Origin: Giardia intestinalis
Lineage: Eukaryota
Direction: 5' to 3' (one strand)
DNA length: 64,000 bases
NCBI GenBank assembly: GCA_000002435.2
Contig: CM018790.1
The notes under the pieces were generated by a model that was not told where the DNA came from, searched no databases, and saw nothing but the letters and a program-made list of their open reading frames with translations. A program made the translations under genes and the position numbers. Of the stretch, positions 19,535-29,800 are shown piece by piece (the stretch's first letter is position 1; each line of letters opens with the position of its first letter).

Positions 19535-21379
19535 CTAATTTTTCTTTAACGTTGGAGGCAAGGGAATGTCGCGCAAATCCTTTCTAGTACACTCTAGCGA
19601 GAAGTTGTACGGAGTAGTTGTACTGGCACCCGCAAGTTTCACTTGCTTACGAGTATCAATAAAGAGAGAGTCGTAGCTCTGATCAGAAATAACATCACTT
19701 AATCCCTTCTCGCTTGATGTTTCATTGCTGGATAGAGCATGATAATTCAAAGACTTAAATCCAGATCCAGAGTCATTGCGTGGCGTTGATGAGTGTATGG
19801 GCGTCACCAGAAAGCGTCTACCGTGTGTACTTGTGCTATTTTCCGGCAAAATGACCACTTTCGGTGTCGCAGCAAGAACACTATTCTTGAGGATTGGTGA
19901 TTGAATTGTTTCTCGATTAACTCGTACACTCCGGTAACCTATATCTCCAGGAACATTGAGCGCAAAAGGCACAAGTGGCGACATGAGGGAGGCCTTCAGA
20001 GGAGAAAGTGCATTAGTCTGGGAGAGATCCTGATCTTCCCACCCAGCTTGCATTCCGTCTTTGCAATAAAAAATGAATGCATCCTGAGGCATAAAATCAT
20101 CCGTCTGGGCACCAACTGGCAGGACCTGGTAGGCCTCGACAGAGCTTCCCGCCACGGAGGAGAATAGAGTGCCAGTACAATCATTTTCACCATCTCCAAT
20201 GATGGGTTGGTTACTAACTACTATCCTTATCATACGACGGCCATGGAATAATCGTTTTTTCAATTGAATCTCTGCTGGAACATTCATGGCTCGGCCTCTA
20301 AGATACTTTGGCATATATAGACTAGTTGGGGTCAGGGCAGTGAATGCACGGTGATGAGCCCAGCGATGACTTGTTGTAGGACTAACTAAGTATGGATCGT
20401 GTACGTGTCCAGCCTTTGGGGTGCATAAGTTTGTGGTGTTTAGTGTGGTAACGGGCTCTGCATGTCTCATAAGCTCTGAAAACTCATAAGCAGAATGAGC
20501 ATCAAGCAGGGTAGGATCCCCATAAGCTGAAAGCATAAGGGAGTCCAGAACAGGATCCTGAAACGCTGGGGTTGCAGTGCTGGTGGAAATTGCAACATCA
20601 ACGGATGGTGAAGTCACTTGAAAAAGCGTAACACCATCGTGCTCTGAAAACTGTTGGTCCGTAACCGGGCCCGAGTTATCTGTGGCCGAGGTTCCATCCG
20701 CAGAAACATCCAAGAGAAGTTCGTCATAGTTTGAAATATGCATTGCGTCGCTAATTGGCCTAAATATATAGGTCTTAGCTGGAAACTGCTGAATTGTATG
20801 AGAAGAATTAGTCCCGGAAAGCACAGCAAAGGAGGCTGACGTGCCGCTGATATCTATAAACCGTTGAGCAATCGCATACGTGTACTCGTGAACGGTTCCA
20901 GTTAGTGGACCGCGACCCAACGAGTCGACGGGGTTTAATGTCGATCCGGTGGAGAGTCGCCAGGGCACCTCCTGGGTGTTGACATGTAAAGCAGATTCAT
21001 TGTATGGGGCGATAGACATAAAGTGCCGTAGAATAGATCCTTGATAACTATCGATAACGAGTGTACTAAGACTAGAAGCAACACTACTAATAGAGTGTGT
21101 GGAAGCGAGCTGGATGGATCCAGCCTGTTGTGAGGATGGATGGGTGGAAGCAGAAGACTCTGCAAGACATACTGATGAGGGTGATGCCGATGCATTGTTA
21201 TTACAATTTGCATCAGTGCTGCAGACAATTCCATGCTCGATACGCGTTTCATTACCAGGCCTAGTTGGTGTGGGAATTAGATACCTTACTGGAGCGTTCA
21301 GCCTCTGTGCATCCCACTGCATGATCTGCTCTTTGTTGAGTAGAAAGAAATCGAGCCTTGTGCAGGGGGTCTGGTGCAT
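19535..21379 (-). CDS. Hypothetical Ser/Thr-rich protein (~614 aa)
   Basis: The track ORF 19535..21409 starts at TTG. The first ATG is 10 codons in, at 21379, in the context gtcaaaaaaATG (MHQTPCTRLDFF...). No recognisable domain. Confidence 0.65.
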   Translation of the reverse strand: MHQTPCTRLDFFLLNKEQIMQWDAQRLNAPVRYLIPTPTRPGNETRIEHGIVCSTDANCNNNASASPSSVCLAESSASTHPSSQQAGSIQLASTHSISSVASSLSTLVIDSYQGSILRHFMSIAPYNESALHVNTQEVPWRLSTGSTLNPVDSLGRGPLTGTVHEYTYAIAQRFIDISGTSASFAVLSGTNSSHTIQQFPAKTYIFRPISDAMHISNYDELLLDVSADGTSATDNSGPVTDQQFSEHDGVTLFQVTSPSVDVAISTSTATPAFQDPVLDSLMLSAYGDPTLLDAHSAYEFSELMRHAEPVTTLNTTNLCTPKAGHVHDPYLVSPTTSHRWAHHRAFTALTPTSLYMPKYLRGRAMNVPAEIQLKKRLFHGRRMIRIVVSNQPIIGDGENDCTGTLFSSVAGSSVEAYQVLPVGAQTDDFMPQDAFIFYCKDGMQAGWEDQDLSQTNALSPLKASLMSPLVPFALNVPGDIGYRSVRVNRETIQSPILKNSVLAATPKVVILPENSTSTHGRRFLVTPIHSSTPRNDSGSGFKSLNYHALSSNETSSEKGLSDVISDQSYDSLFIDTRKQVKLAGASTTTPYNFSLECTRKDLRDIPLPPTLKKN

Positions 21380-21509
21380 TTTTTTGACTTCGATTGGTTC
21401 GCCATACAAAATGGTTTGTAACCAGTTTGGTTAGTCATATTAGTATCTTCTACTCCTGTAGCTTACATGTTGTTCAAAAGCTGTCAATTCTCGTATTCAT
21501 GGCCAAAAA

Positions 21510-22508
21510 ATGAACCGAAAACGCTCCAGCGTAAGCGACCTTGTTGTCGCTATTGCTAAAATGCTCAGTGGCCGCACAGAGCAGGCATCCTTCAAGGAGG
21601 CGGATGCAGAAGCCCTTAAAGTGAGCATATCTCAACTTAAGTCCCAGGTAACATCACCCAATCCACAGCTCCAACGTGCTCATTACAACGAGTTTACCCG
21701 GGTTATAATGACTGATAACACGTTAGTAGATATTGTTGGCGGCCTTGCTTGGCTAGATTTTGATTCTCGCAAGTCCCTTATTTCATTGGTTGCTGGTCTT
21801 GCCCACCGTGCATCCAGTGGGGATCCTGCAGATGATGCTGACCCCGCTCTTCTCGTGAATTATATTCTTAGCCATCAAGACCTCCTTGACGTCCTTCTAG
21901 ATGGCTATAAACTTCCACAGCCCTTTCACGTGACCACAATCCTGTGTGAGTATATTAAAGTTTACTCCATAGCCGAGACCATCCTACTATTCTGTGCTAA
22001 AGAACAGTTCCAGCGAATCTTCTCTGCAATGAGTAGCCCGAATTTTGATGTTTCTTCTGACGCTTCTGTGGTGCTGAAGGATTTATTAACAAAGCATGAA
22101 CAGCTTACGGCTACATTTCTTGACCAAAATCCTCAGTTCTTTACTTGGTTCTGTACCCTGCTGCATTCCTCTAATTACGCCACGCGCCGCTTCAGTTTAA
22201 ATTTGCTGAGCACATTGCTTCTTAACCGCGCAAACTTCAATGCGATGTCACGCTTTGTGGAATCTGATGAGAATTTGAAGTTGATCATGAGACTTCTCAA
22301 GGATGACAGCGCTGTAATTAGGTTTGAAGCATTTCACGTGTTTAAGGTATTTGTGGCCAATCCAAAGAAAACAGAGCCCGTTCACAAGATCCTGAAGCGG
22401 AATAAGGACAAGCTTATAGAGCACCTTCTGAGCTTCACTACTGAGACTAATTCAAGTGACTTTGAGGAAGAAAAGGGCTTCATAGTTGATAGCATCTCAG
22501 AGCTGTGA
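21510..22508 (+). CDS. Mo25/CAB39 family protein (calcium-binding protein 39-like scaffold)
   Basis: ATG in the context ggccaaaaaaATG. The C-terminus closely matches Mo25: FDVSSDASVVLKDLLTKHEQL...ENLKLIMRLLKDDSAVIRFEAFHVFKVFVANPKKTEPVHKILKRNKDKLIEHLLSF...EEEKGFIVDSISEL. Confidence 0.9.
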   Translation: MNRKRSSVSDLVVAIAKMLSGRTEQASFKEADAEALKVSISQLKSQVTSPNPQLQRAHYNEFTRVIMTDNTLVDIVGGLAWLDFDSRKSLISLVAGLAHRASSGDPADDADPALLVNYILSHQDLLDVLLDGYKLPQPFHVTTILCEYIKVYSIAETILLFCAKEQFQRIFSAMSSPNFDVSSDASVVLKDLLTKHEQLTATFLDQNPQFFTWFCTLLHSSNYATRRFSLNLLSTLLLNRANFNAMSRFVESDENLKLIMRLLKDDSAVIRFEAFHVFKVFVANPKKTEPVHKILKRNKDKLIEHLLSFTTETNSSDFEEEKGFIVDSISEL

Positions 22509-22538
22509 CTGATACTTTATAAAGCGAAGGTTATACTC

Positions 22539-23546
22539 TCAAATTACTTTACTGCTCATTGACACCCCACTCTGCTTTCCTACTTCGTTGCTATCTGAGT
22601 CGCATTCGTCTGTACGGTCTCCAATATCCGGGTTCTGAACCATGAGCTCCTTATCTTCGCTGTTATCGTTCTTACTCTTCTTTCTCCTGTCCCTAAACGT
22701 GTATATAATTAATGCAACCGTCAAGACAAATAGCTGTACAGTCGAAGAAGTCATTGTTAAGTAGGTCATCCAATTAGCCTTAGATATGATAGCAAAAACG
22801 AACATACATAAGACGACAATGAACTGGATACTTGAAAGTAAGACAGACATGCTTCCTGGTGATTTGACTTTACATGTGTGGTAAATTTGGGGACTGAACT
22901 GTGCCAGGTTAAAGAAAAGGGATGTGATGGACAGTGCCAAAGTAAATCCACGGACCCATGGGGTACACATACCATAGAAGATCACAATTACAGTAGCTGC
23001 TGCGATGATGGATAGCATAACACCTAAAAATAGGAAGAAAGCAAGTACATGACACTTAGCTCTTTGAACATCTCCTTGATCACTGGTAGGCTCGGCTTCA
23101 GATGAGGTTGCATGATTGGTCTTGACCTTTGACACATATAATAAACGGATAGTGAGTGCATACCACCATATGAACCCCAATAGGAAGGCAGAGCTCTGCA
23201 GAAAGGGGATCATGTTTGAATAGCATAAGCCTGGGTTTTGAGGACAGGCGAAAATTTGAGGAAGGGTGGTGATATAGAATACACTAGTGGAAAATAAGAG
23301 AGAGTATGAAGCAACGTGTAAAAAGATGAACGAAATACTGTAAACGGATCTTGTTCGGTACATCTTCACCAGCTGAGGAATATATGAGATAACGATTAAA
23401 GCTAGGAGAATGCTGTTGAATATCGTAACAGGAAGGCTTATATTAGCTAGATAAGGTGTGTAGTCGTATGGATCTATAAACGTGCCGTCTTCAATATAGC
23501 AAGGGTTACGTATCATTTTAATAAAGCTCAATTTGCTCTTCTTCAT
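22539..23546 (-). CDS. PQ-loop repeat multipass membrane protein (cystinosin/LCT-family-like)
   Basis: 335 aa with about 7 predicted TM helices and two PQ motifs in the expected positions (VISYIPQLVKMYRTRSV and AQFSPQIYHTCKVKS). The ATG (MKKSK) at 23546 overlaps the left end of repeat R copy 2. Confidence 0.6.
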   Translation of the reverse strand: MKKSKLSFIKMIRNPCYIEDGTFIDPYDYTPYLANISLPVTIFNSILLALIVISYIPQLVKMYRTRSVYSISFIFLHVASYSLLFSTSVFYITTLPQIFACPQNPGLCYSNMIPFLQSSAFLLGFIWWYALTIRLLYVSKVKTNHATSSEAEPTSDQGDVQRAKCHVLAFFLFLGVMLSIIAAATVIVIFYGMCTPWVRGFTLALSITSLFFNLAQFSPQIYHTCKVKSPGSMSVLLSSIQFIVVLCMFVFAIISKANWMTYLTMTSSTVQLFVLTVALIIYTFRDRRKKSKNDNSEDKELMVQNPDIGDRTDECDSDSNEVGKQSGVSMSSKVI

Positions 23547-24290
23547 CGAGGTCGGCTTGCCAGCTCCTGTCCGAGTAAATCCGTCCAGGATCCGAAGCTC
23601 GGATGCCGTCCACTCTGGAGAAGAGCCTTGTGCCTCCTCGCCCGGGAGCCGTTGGGTGCCCCACTATGCGCTCCGGGACGTCCCTCCTCTCTGGCCCGTC
23701 GGGGTCAACCATCGTCTGGCATCTAGTGAGCACCCGTTGTCCCGGACCTGCCGTCGGTCACAGCAGTCTGGCCTCAGAGCAATTGACTCTGGCCATGTAC
23801 TCCGGAGTAGCTTTGTGGTGCTGATGCTCTACGACGGAGATTGCACGCCACGACCCCGGGTGCCTACCCCGTTCCTCGGGTGCCTCCTTGTCTCCTCGTG
23901 GATTGTGCCGTCGGTCCCGAGCATGATCAGAGGGTGCGCTCCCCGTACGCCTCTATCTTTGAGTCATAGTACGCGTTCGTGGATGCCGGGGGACAGCTCC
24001 TATGCGCTGGTATTGGGGGAGAAGTATGGTCCTCTGCTCATGGATCGCAGAGGTGCTCTTGCAGGCGGTCCGTCACCCAGCACGAGATCATGTCGGCGCA
24101 TCATTCTATGCAGTGCGTCTGGCTCAGCGACGTGTGGGCTGGTCCATCCTCACACCGCACACTTGGGGGTGATGCTTCGGTCTGTCGAGGCGTCGGTCCA
24201 GGGTCATCGACTGCTGGGACCCTCCACCATCAGGGTGGTAGACCAAGGAGAGGCGCCACTGATAGACGACGCAGATGGGTAAGTAAGCTA
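23530..24290 (+). repeat. Dispersed GC-rich repeat R, copy 2 (paralog of 12082..12960)
   Basis: Same orientation as copy 1. The 100%-identical core is at 23777..23989. It lies between the PQ-loop gene start and the 3' end of VSP 24541..26724. ORF 23533..24282 is low-complexity and is judged spurious. Confidence 0.7.
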
Positions 24291-24521
24291 AATCCTGGGC
24301 TGAGCGACGCACGTACACAGTCTGAGCACACGCCCATGAAACGGTAGAGAAATGTACCGAGCCCTGGATATATCACTGGAGAGGACTCTCTCATCATGTT
24401 ATCCATGATCAACAGTTGTCTCCGGACGGCCAGGACTTGAACGAGAATTTACTCGTGAGACTTCTGGACGCACTGCAGGTGGACCTATCAACATATCTAC
24501 GCAAGCTACGCACAGTAACGC

Positions 24522-24528
24522 GTTTACT
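24522..24528 (-). promoter_or_regulatory. AGTRAAY polyadenylation signal (AGTAAAC) of VSP 24541..26724
   Basis: Minus-strand sequence after the CRGKA stop: tagatgtacttagatAGTAAACgcg. Confidence 0.55.
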
Positions 24529-24540
24529 ATCTAAGTACAT

Positions 24541-26724
24541 CTACGCCTTCCCCCTGCAGATGAACCACCAGCAGAGGAACCCTACGAGACCAGCCACAAC
24601 GACGATGACAGCCACGGAGATCCCCGCGATAGCGCCCGCGCTGAGACCGCTCTTGTTGGTGTTCTGTATGAGGTAGCAGAGGACGGAGCCAGTACTAGAC
24701 GATGGAGGAGCGCAGTTTAGGCAACCCTTAATACCAGTGACCCCATTGCTATCACTTTCGCAGGATGTGCACGCACCTTCTCCTGATGCGGTCTTGTAGT
24801 ATCCTGTAGCACACGCCTTACATGTTGTAGCTGCTCCATTACATGTTTCGCAGCTGGAATCACACTTTGTGCATGCACTTGCACTCTTTACATATCCGTC
24901 CAGACACGTAGTACAGTCGGTACTGCTGGTACATTCCTTACACCCTTCAGAACAAACTGTAAGGGTACCTGAATCCAACTTGTAACCATCTGCAGCTTTT
25001 TGACACGTACCACCATTTGGTGCACTAATGCAAACCGTCTTACCGGGATACTTGACTGTTTCATAGCACCCTCCGTTCATCTTAAAGTAGTTATCGGCAC
25101 ACGTTCCACAAACACCATTCTGAATAGGCGAGTCGTTGCACGTAGGTGTGGCGCGGCTAGCCTTTGGTGCACAGACGCCATTTTGAGGATACTCTGTCGT
25201 TGTGGCGCACTCAGAGCAGTAGCTAGCACCATCGATAGTGAGCCCACACGTTTTGCAGGCGCCGCTGCCTTGGCCCGTTGTGCAGCCTTCTCCGCACGTG
25301 CCCTTAGTACCGTCGTCCCCGTACCTAAGTGCTTTTCCAGTGGGACACTCGGTGCAGTCGCTGGCAGTGCCTGCGCTGCATGTCTTGCAGCTTTCGTGGC
25401 ACGGAGAGCATGCGTCGCCGTTTTTATAGAATCCGTCGCTGCATGCTTGGCACTGCCCTTGCCCATCGCAAGTCTTGCAGTTAGCCGCAGTGCACTCTTT
25501 ACAGATTTTCTTTGCTCCTTCGGTAGCTCCATAGTAGTTTCCAATCTTAGCGCAGCTGTCTATGCACTGGCTTGTCGGCGTGAGATATGTGCTACTATCA
25601 CAGTCTGTGCAGACCTCGTTCTCCTTTCCTTCGTTGCTGCACGCCTTGCATCCGGGGGTCTTGCAGTTGCTTACCGCCTCGCACGTAGTTTTGTCGGCAC
25701 TAGGCTTGTATCCATTCGTGCAAGCGATGCACGTAATAGTGGGCGCTATCCTTCCTTGGTCTGTCGGAGTACACGCCGCGCACTTATCGACGCCCCCATT
25801 CGCAGCGTCACCGCATAAAACACACCTGTTTCCGCTCTGGGAATTTTCTACCGGAAAAGAGTCGGGTGAGCATGCGCTTTGCTCTACACATGTCGTTGTG
25901 CCATCAGCGGCCGTTTTGAGATAGTTATTGCCACCGCACTTCGTGCAAGCAGGCTTGGCTTGATCGGGACTTGGCGGCGTGCACTTTTCGCAACTCGCCA
26001 CCCCAGTGGTTACATCTCCGCATGCAAAGCATCTCTTGCCATTGTCAGAGTCCTCCTTCGAAAACTCAGTGTCAGGCGTGCAGCCCTCCCCACAAGTACC
26101 AGTCGTTGCAAGGTACTTATCCTGGCCGCACCTGGTGCACTTGGCGTCTCCGCCGGCAGCGTCTGTCAGCGCCGCCCCGTCGCATCTCTCGCAGTGCTGC
26201 ACCCCCCTGTACGTTTTGCCGCTGTCGGTGAACCCGGTCGTGTCCGAGCACGATACCACAGAGTCCTTGGTATTCGCCCTCAGCGGGTTGAGGAAGTACC
26301 CCGGGGCCGCCTCGGTGCACTTTCCCTCAGAGGCTTGCGTGCACATGCTCTGTCCTGGTGCAGTGTCCTTTGAATAACAGCCGTCCTTGTACATGAAGGA
26401 GGCGCCTCCGCACTGCGTGCACTTCCCCTGGCCCTTTGCCGGGCAGAGCGTTTTGCTTTGCCCCTCAGCGTTGACGTCTGCACACTGGCCGTTCACGGGG
26501 GCGTAGTTTGCTCCGTTGCACTCGGAGCAGTATTGTTCTTGGCCGATGGTGACGCCACACGTTTTACAGCTCCCATCGCTGCCTGATCCGTCTGCCTGAC
26601 ACGCAGCCCGTGCCAGCTGAAGGATGACGATCGCGAGCAAAAATCTGCCGAACATTGGGCCGCCGACCTGCTGGGTGGCGCCGGCCTTCCCCGGGAGAGG
26701 CGGGGTCGTCTGATGTGCCGACAT
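24541..26724 (-). CDS. Variant-specific surface protein (VSP), full length
   Basis: 727 aa, rich in CXXC motifs. It ends with a TM helix and ...FICRGKA. AGTAAAC lies 13 nt after the stop. The signal peptide MFGRFLLAIVILQLARA begins at the second Met (alternative start 26655). A 23-codon in-frame extension (MSAHQTTPPLPGKAGATQQVGGP) is conserved with the other VSP. Confidence 0.9.
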   Translation of the reverse strand: MSAHQTTPPLPGKAGATQQVGGPMFGRFLLAIVILQLARAACQADGSGSDGSCKTCGVTIGQEQYCSECNGANYAPVNGQCADVNAEGQSKTLCPAKGQGKCTQCGGASFMYKDGCYSKDTAPGQSMCTQASEGKCTEAAPGYFLNPLRANTKDSVVSCSDTTGFTDSGKTYRGVQHCERCDGAALTDAAGGDAKCTRCGQDKYLATTGTCGEGCTPDTEFSKEDSDNGKRCFACGDVTTGVASCEKCTPPSPDQAKPACTKCGGNNYLKTAADGTTTCVEQSACSPDSFPVENSQSGNRCVLCGDAANGGVDKCAACTPTDQGRIAPTITCIACTNGYKPSADKTTCEAVSNCKTPGCKACSNEGKENEVCTDCDSSTYLTPTSQCIDSCAKIGNYYGATEGAKKICKECTAANCKTCDGQGQCQACSDGFYKNGDACSPCHESCKTCSAGTASDCTECPTGKALRYGDDGTKGTCGEGCTTGQGSGACKTCGLTIDGASYCSECATTTEYPQNGVCAPKASRATPTCNDSPIQNGVCGTCADNYFKMNGGCYETVKYPGKTVCISAPNGGTCQKAADGYKLDSGTLTVCSEGCKECTSSTDCTTCLDGYVKSASACTKCDSSCETCNGAATTCKACATGYYKTASGEGACTSCESDSNGVTGIKGCLNCAPPSSSTGSVLCYLIQNTNKSGLSAGAIAGISVAVIVVVAGLVGFLCWWFICRGKA

Positions 26725-26870
26725 GCACGACTAGCGGCTAATAACCTACTGAGGCAATCGGTGGACACATCCACTATCAGTTATAAGTAGCTATGAATAC
26801 ATCATTTGGCATTGGTCTCCACGTTTATAATAGCAGCACATGTCTAACTAGATCACTGCCTTAATCTGGT

Positions 26871-29800
26871 TTACTTAAGTACCTCAGAAGCAAACTGGCA
26901 AATATCAACCCACACAACTCTCAACATTGTATAGAGTACCCCCATGGCTTCAATCTGCCGCATATAATTGCGAACCTCTGCTATACGTGATTGATTGACT
27001 GTTCCATTAGAGCTTTTGATGCCGTGAATCTCTTGCAGTTCACAACAGACCCACGAAATCCACGATTCAATGGCCTCGGGTGCTAATAACGTTGCGATAC
27101 TCGATGATAGACGGCTTTCCACAACATTTCCCATGGCCAGTTGTGTCAAAGAAAAGGATGCCCAGGCTTGACCTAGATGAGGATATTTTAGTATCAAGTT
27201 CTTCAGTGCAGAGGAAGCAAGAATAAGAGCACGAGAAACGTCTTTCTGCGTCCTCTCTGGCGTTAGCGTACGGTTAGTAATTGTAGCACTAGCCAATGCC
27301 GCTATAGTGTTATCGAAATCCACAGCCGTTGTGTCCTGTATCTTCTGTTGCATCATACTTGCAATGTTGGCCGACGAAGCCACCACTCCATGGCCAGGAC
27401 TGTTATTCCTGCTATCACTAGTCAGCAATTCAGTGTCTCCCCCCGCATCCACGACTATTTCCTTCGCTCGTGCCTTCAGCTCCTTCAGCAAGTCAACAGA
27501 CATCTTAACGGGCTCCTTACTGTCCTTGAGCTGCTGCACTTTAATTAGTTTATTTGCATTGTACTGCTCTCTCATGTACATCATTTGGGTAGACGTGGCA
27601 TCAGATGTAATATCGTAGGGCTGTCTTGAATAAGTCGGCTTTGGAAGAGGTAACAATGATGTGAAGTCATTTAAGGTGTCCATGTTTCTATCATCTTCAT
27701 CGACGGCATTAGAACGAGTGTCCTGATATTTGGGTACTTCAGTAAACATAAGGTCTACCTTTTGCTTGACTTCTTCTGAAGACGCCTCCTTTGACTTTAC
27801 AGAGGTTGAGGCAAAAATAGAGCGTATAACGCCAACTATATTTATGGACGAAAAGAGAATGAGCGCAATGGTGTACAGAAATTCTACAGGCAAGTACGAA
27901 TCATAGGTGCTTGTGCTGCCACGGAAGAAATCGTCTCGTCCTCCCTGCTTTGACCTACTCGCTAGCTGATACGCCTGAATAGCCATTCTGGAGGTTTCAT
28001 TCAAAAGGGCGCGAGTGGAGTCATTCGATAACATGGTACTGAGGCCATATTGACTGGATTGCTCAAGTTGACCAGATGCTTGGATAGTTGTCGGATCATA
28101 AGCTTTCATAAGAAGCGAAATGTTCATATTGGTAATTATGCGGGCGCGTAGATACAAAAAGGCCGGACACGCCTTAACTTTCGGGATGAGAGCGGGACCT
28201 AGGCTTCCTCGAAGCACAGAGTCCGCAAACTCTAATGCAGGTGCATATCTCCGCTCATATAACATGTTCCTCATGGAGATAATTATCCCACGAAGCTGTT
28301 GATGCAAGAAGAAGGGCGAGTCTGATGCGGCAGTCCCAGAAGTTATCATTATCTTCAAGATGTGATCTGCCAAAGAAGTCGCATACGTGGAAATAACCGT
28401 TTCTCCTCTGAGACTGAGCCATTCTGCAAGGGACAGAAAAGCACACAGGCGCATAATATTTTTGGAGGCGGGGTCGTTAGGATTAGCAAATTTATCGTTT
28501 TCAGGTAATGTGGAGTCTAGGACATACTCCATAAACTCAGCATTAGACTTGAAGCGATAAGGAAGAGGAGCAAACATCCCACCATCAAGGGTGTCGCTCT
28601 TAAGATATTCCTGGATGGCAGAGTAATGATTTATGGAGACCTGCTTGGCATAGTTGCTCTTTTGCATCTTTAGTGACTTGTAATTCTTCAGGTCTTCAAA
28701 GGAAAGACGTGAGAGCGACGGTGAGGGGTGGACATCGTTTGTCCCATGGATGTTCATAGAGGTAGTGTTGCAAGATAGGTTGTTACCTGACGGACTCACA
28801 CCGGCAACAAGGTCTGCGTCCACAGAGATGGTGGTATCGCAGGACTTCCCGCTATCGACGTCGCTTCCAATGCTGTCATCAGCAAAATCTTTCATGGTTT
28901 TTCTGCGCTTCCCATGTTCCTGGAAATAAACGTCATCCTTGTATTGTTCTTGTTTGAGTTCAATATACCTACGAAAGCTCGTCTGCAATGCACGGGCGAT
29001 GTGTCGGGCATCCATCAGCTTCATGCTCCATAGAACAAAGATATAGGCACCCATCGCCCAAAATGGAGGGTATGCATACACTCCATCTCCGGGCACATTG
29101 TAGAACGGCATGGCGTCAAGCTCGGCCTGCAGTTCCGGAGATATAGCCTTGGCCTTCTTTTCACTCGCAAGACCAGATAACCCGGACATGACGCTTGTAG
29201 TAGCACTCATGCCAGCTGCGTTTCGACGCAGTGTTGATCCAACCTCTGATACGTCATCTCCAATCCGTTTGGGTTGGCGGTCATATAAACTAATAGCCAC
29301 GCTTCCAGCAATGCTTCCAGCGATACTCTCATTGCTGGGAAATGCAGTTATCTTTGTAGCATCTTTGGGCAGCTTGACAACATGTGTATTTGCCTCTCCC
29401 TCCAGCAGGTCATTAAACTGCTTAGAGTAGTAGTTGCGGATGGGTGTGATCTTCAAGATCTCCATCATAGAATCCACATCCTCCTTGTTGTACTTCCTCT
29501 CACGTAACTTGGTAGCAACGGTGGACTGGGTGTCATTCTTGGTCCAGACGTGGACCTCCTCCACGTTGTAGCCTGCAACCTTACTGATTAGGTACTTCAT
29601 GAAATTATCGTAGGCAAGAAGGGCGCTGACAAGGAGTTGCTCTGAGTAATCGTAACCGAGAGGTACGACAATCTTGCCCCGCTTCCCCTGTCTCTTCTGC
29701 GACGTATCTGATGTTCCTATGGCGCTTTTAAAGAGTGTTTTGGTGATAGCAAGGGCCAAAAGACACGAGTCTGTACCGAGAAGCTGCATACTCTGCTCGC

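Noticed and set aside
25000-26377. Long plus-strand ORFs (272, 164, 132, 120 aa) antisense to VSP 24541..26724; likewise 52537..54475 antisense to the second VSP
   Set aside because: Translations are low-complexity (A/L/R/S-rich) shadows of the Cys/Gly/Thr-rich VSP codons, and the sense strand carries the CRGKA architecture.
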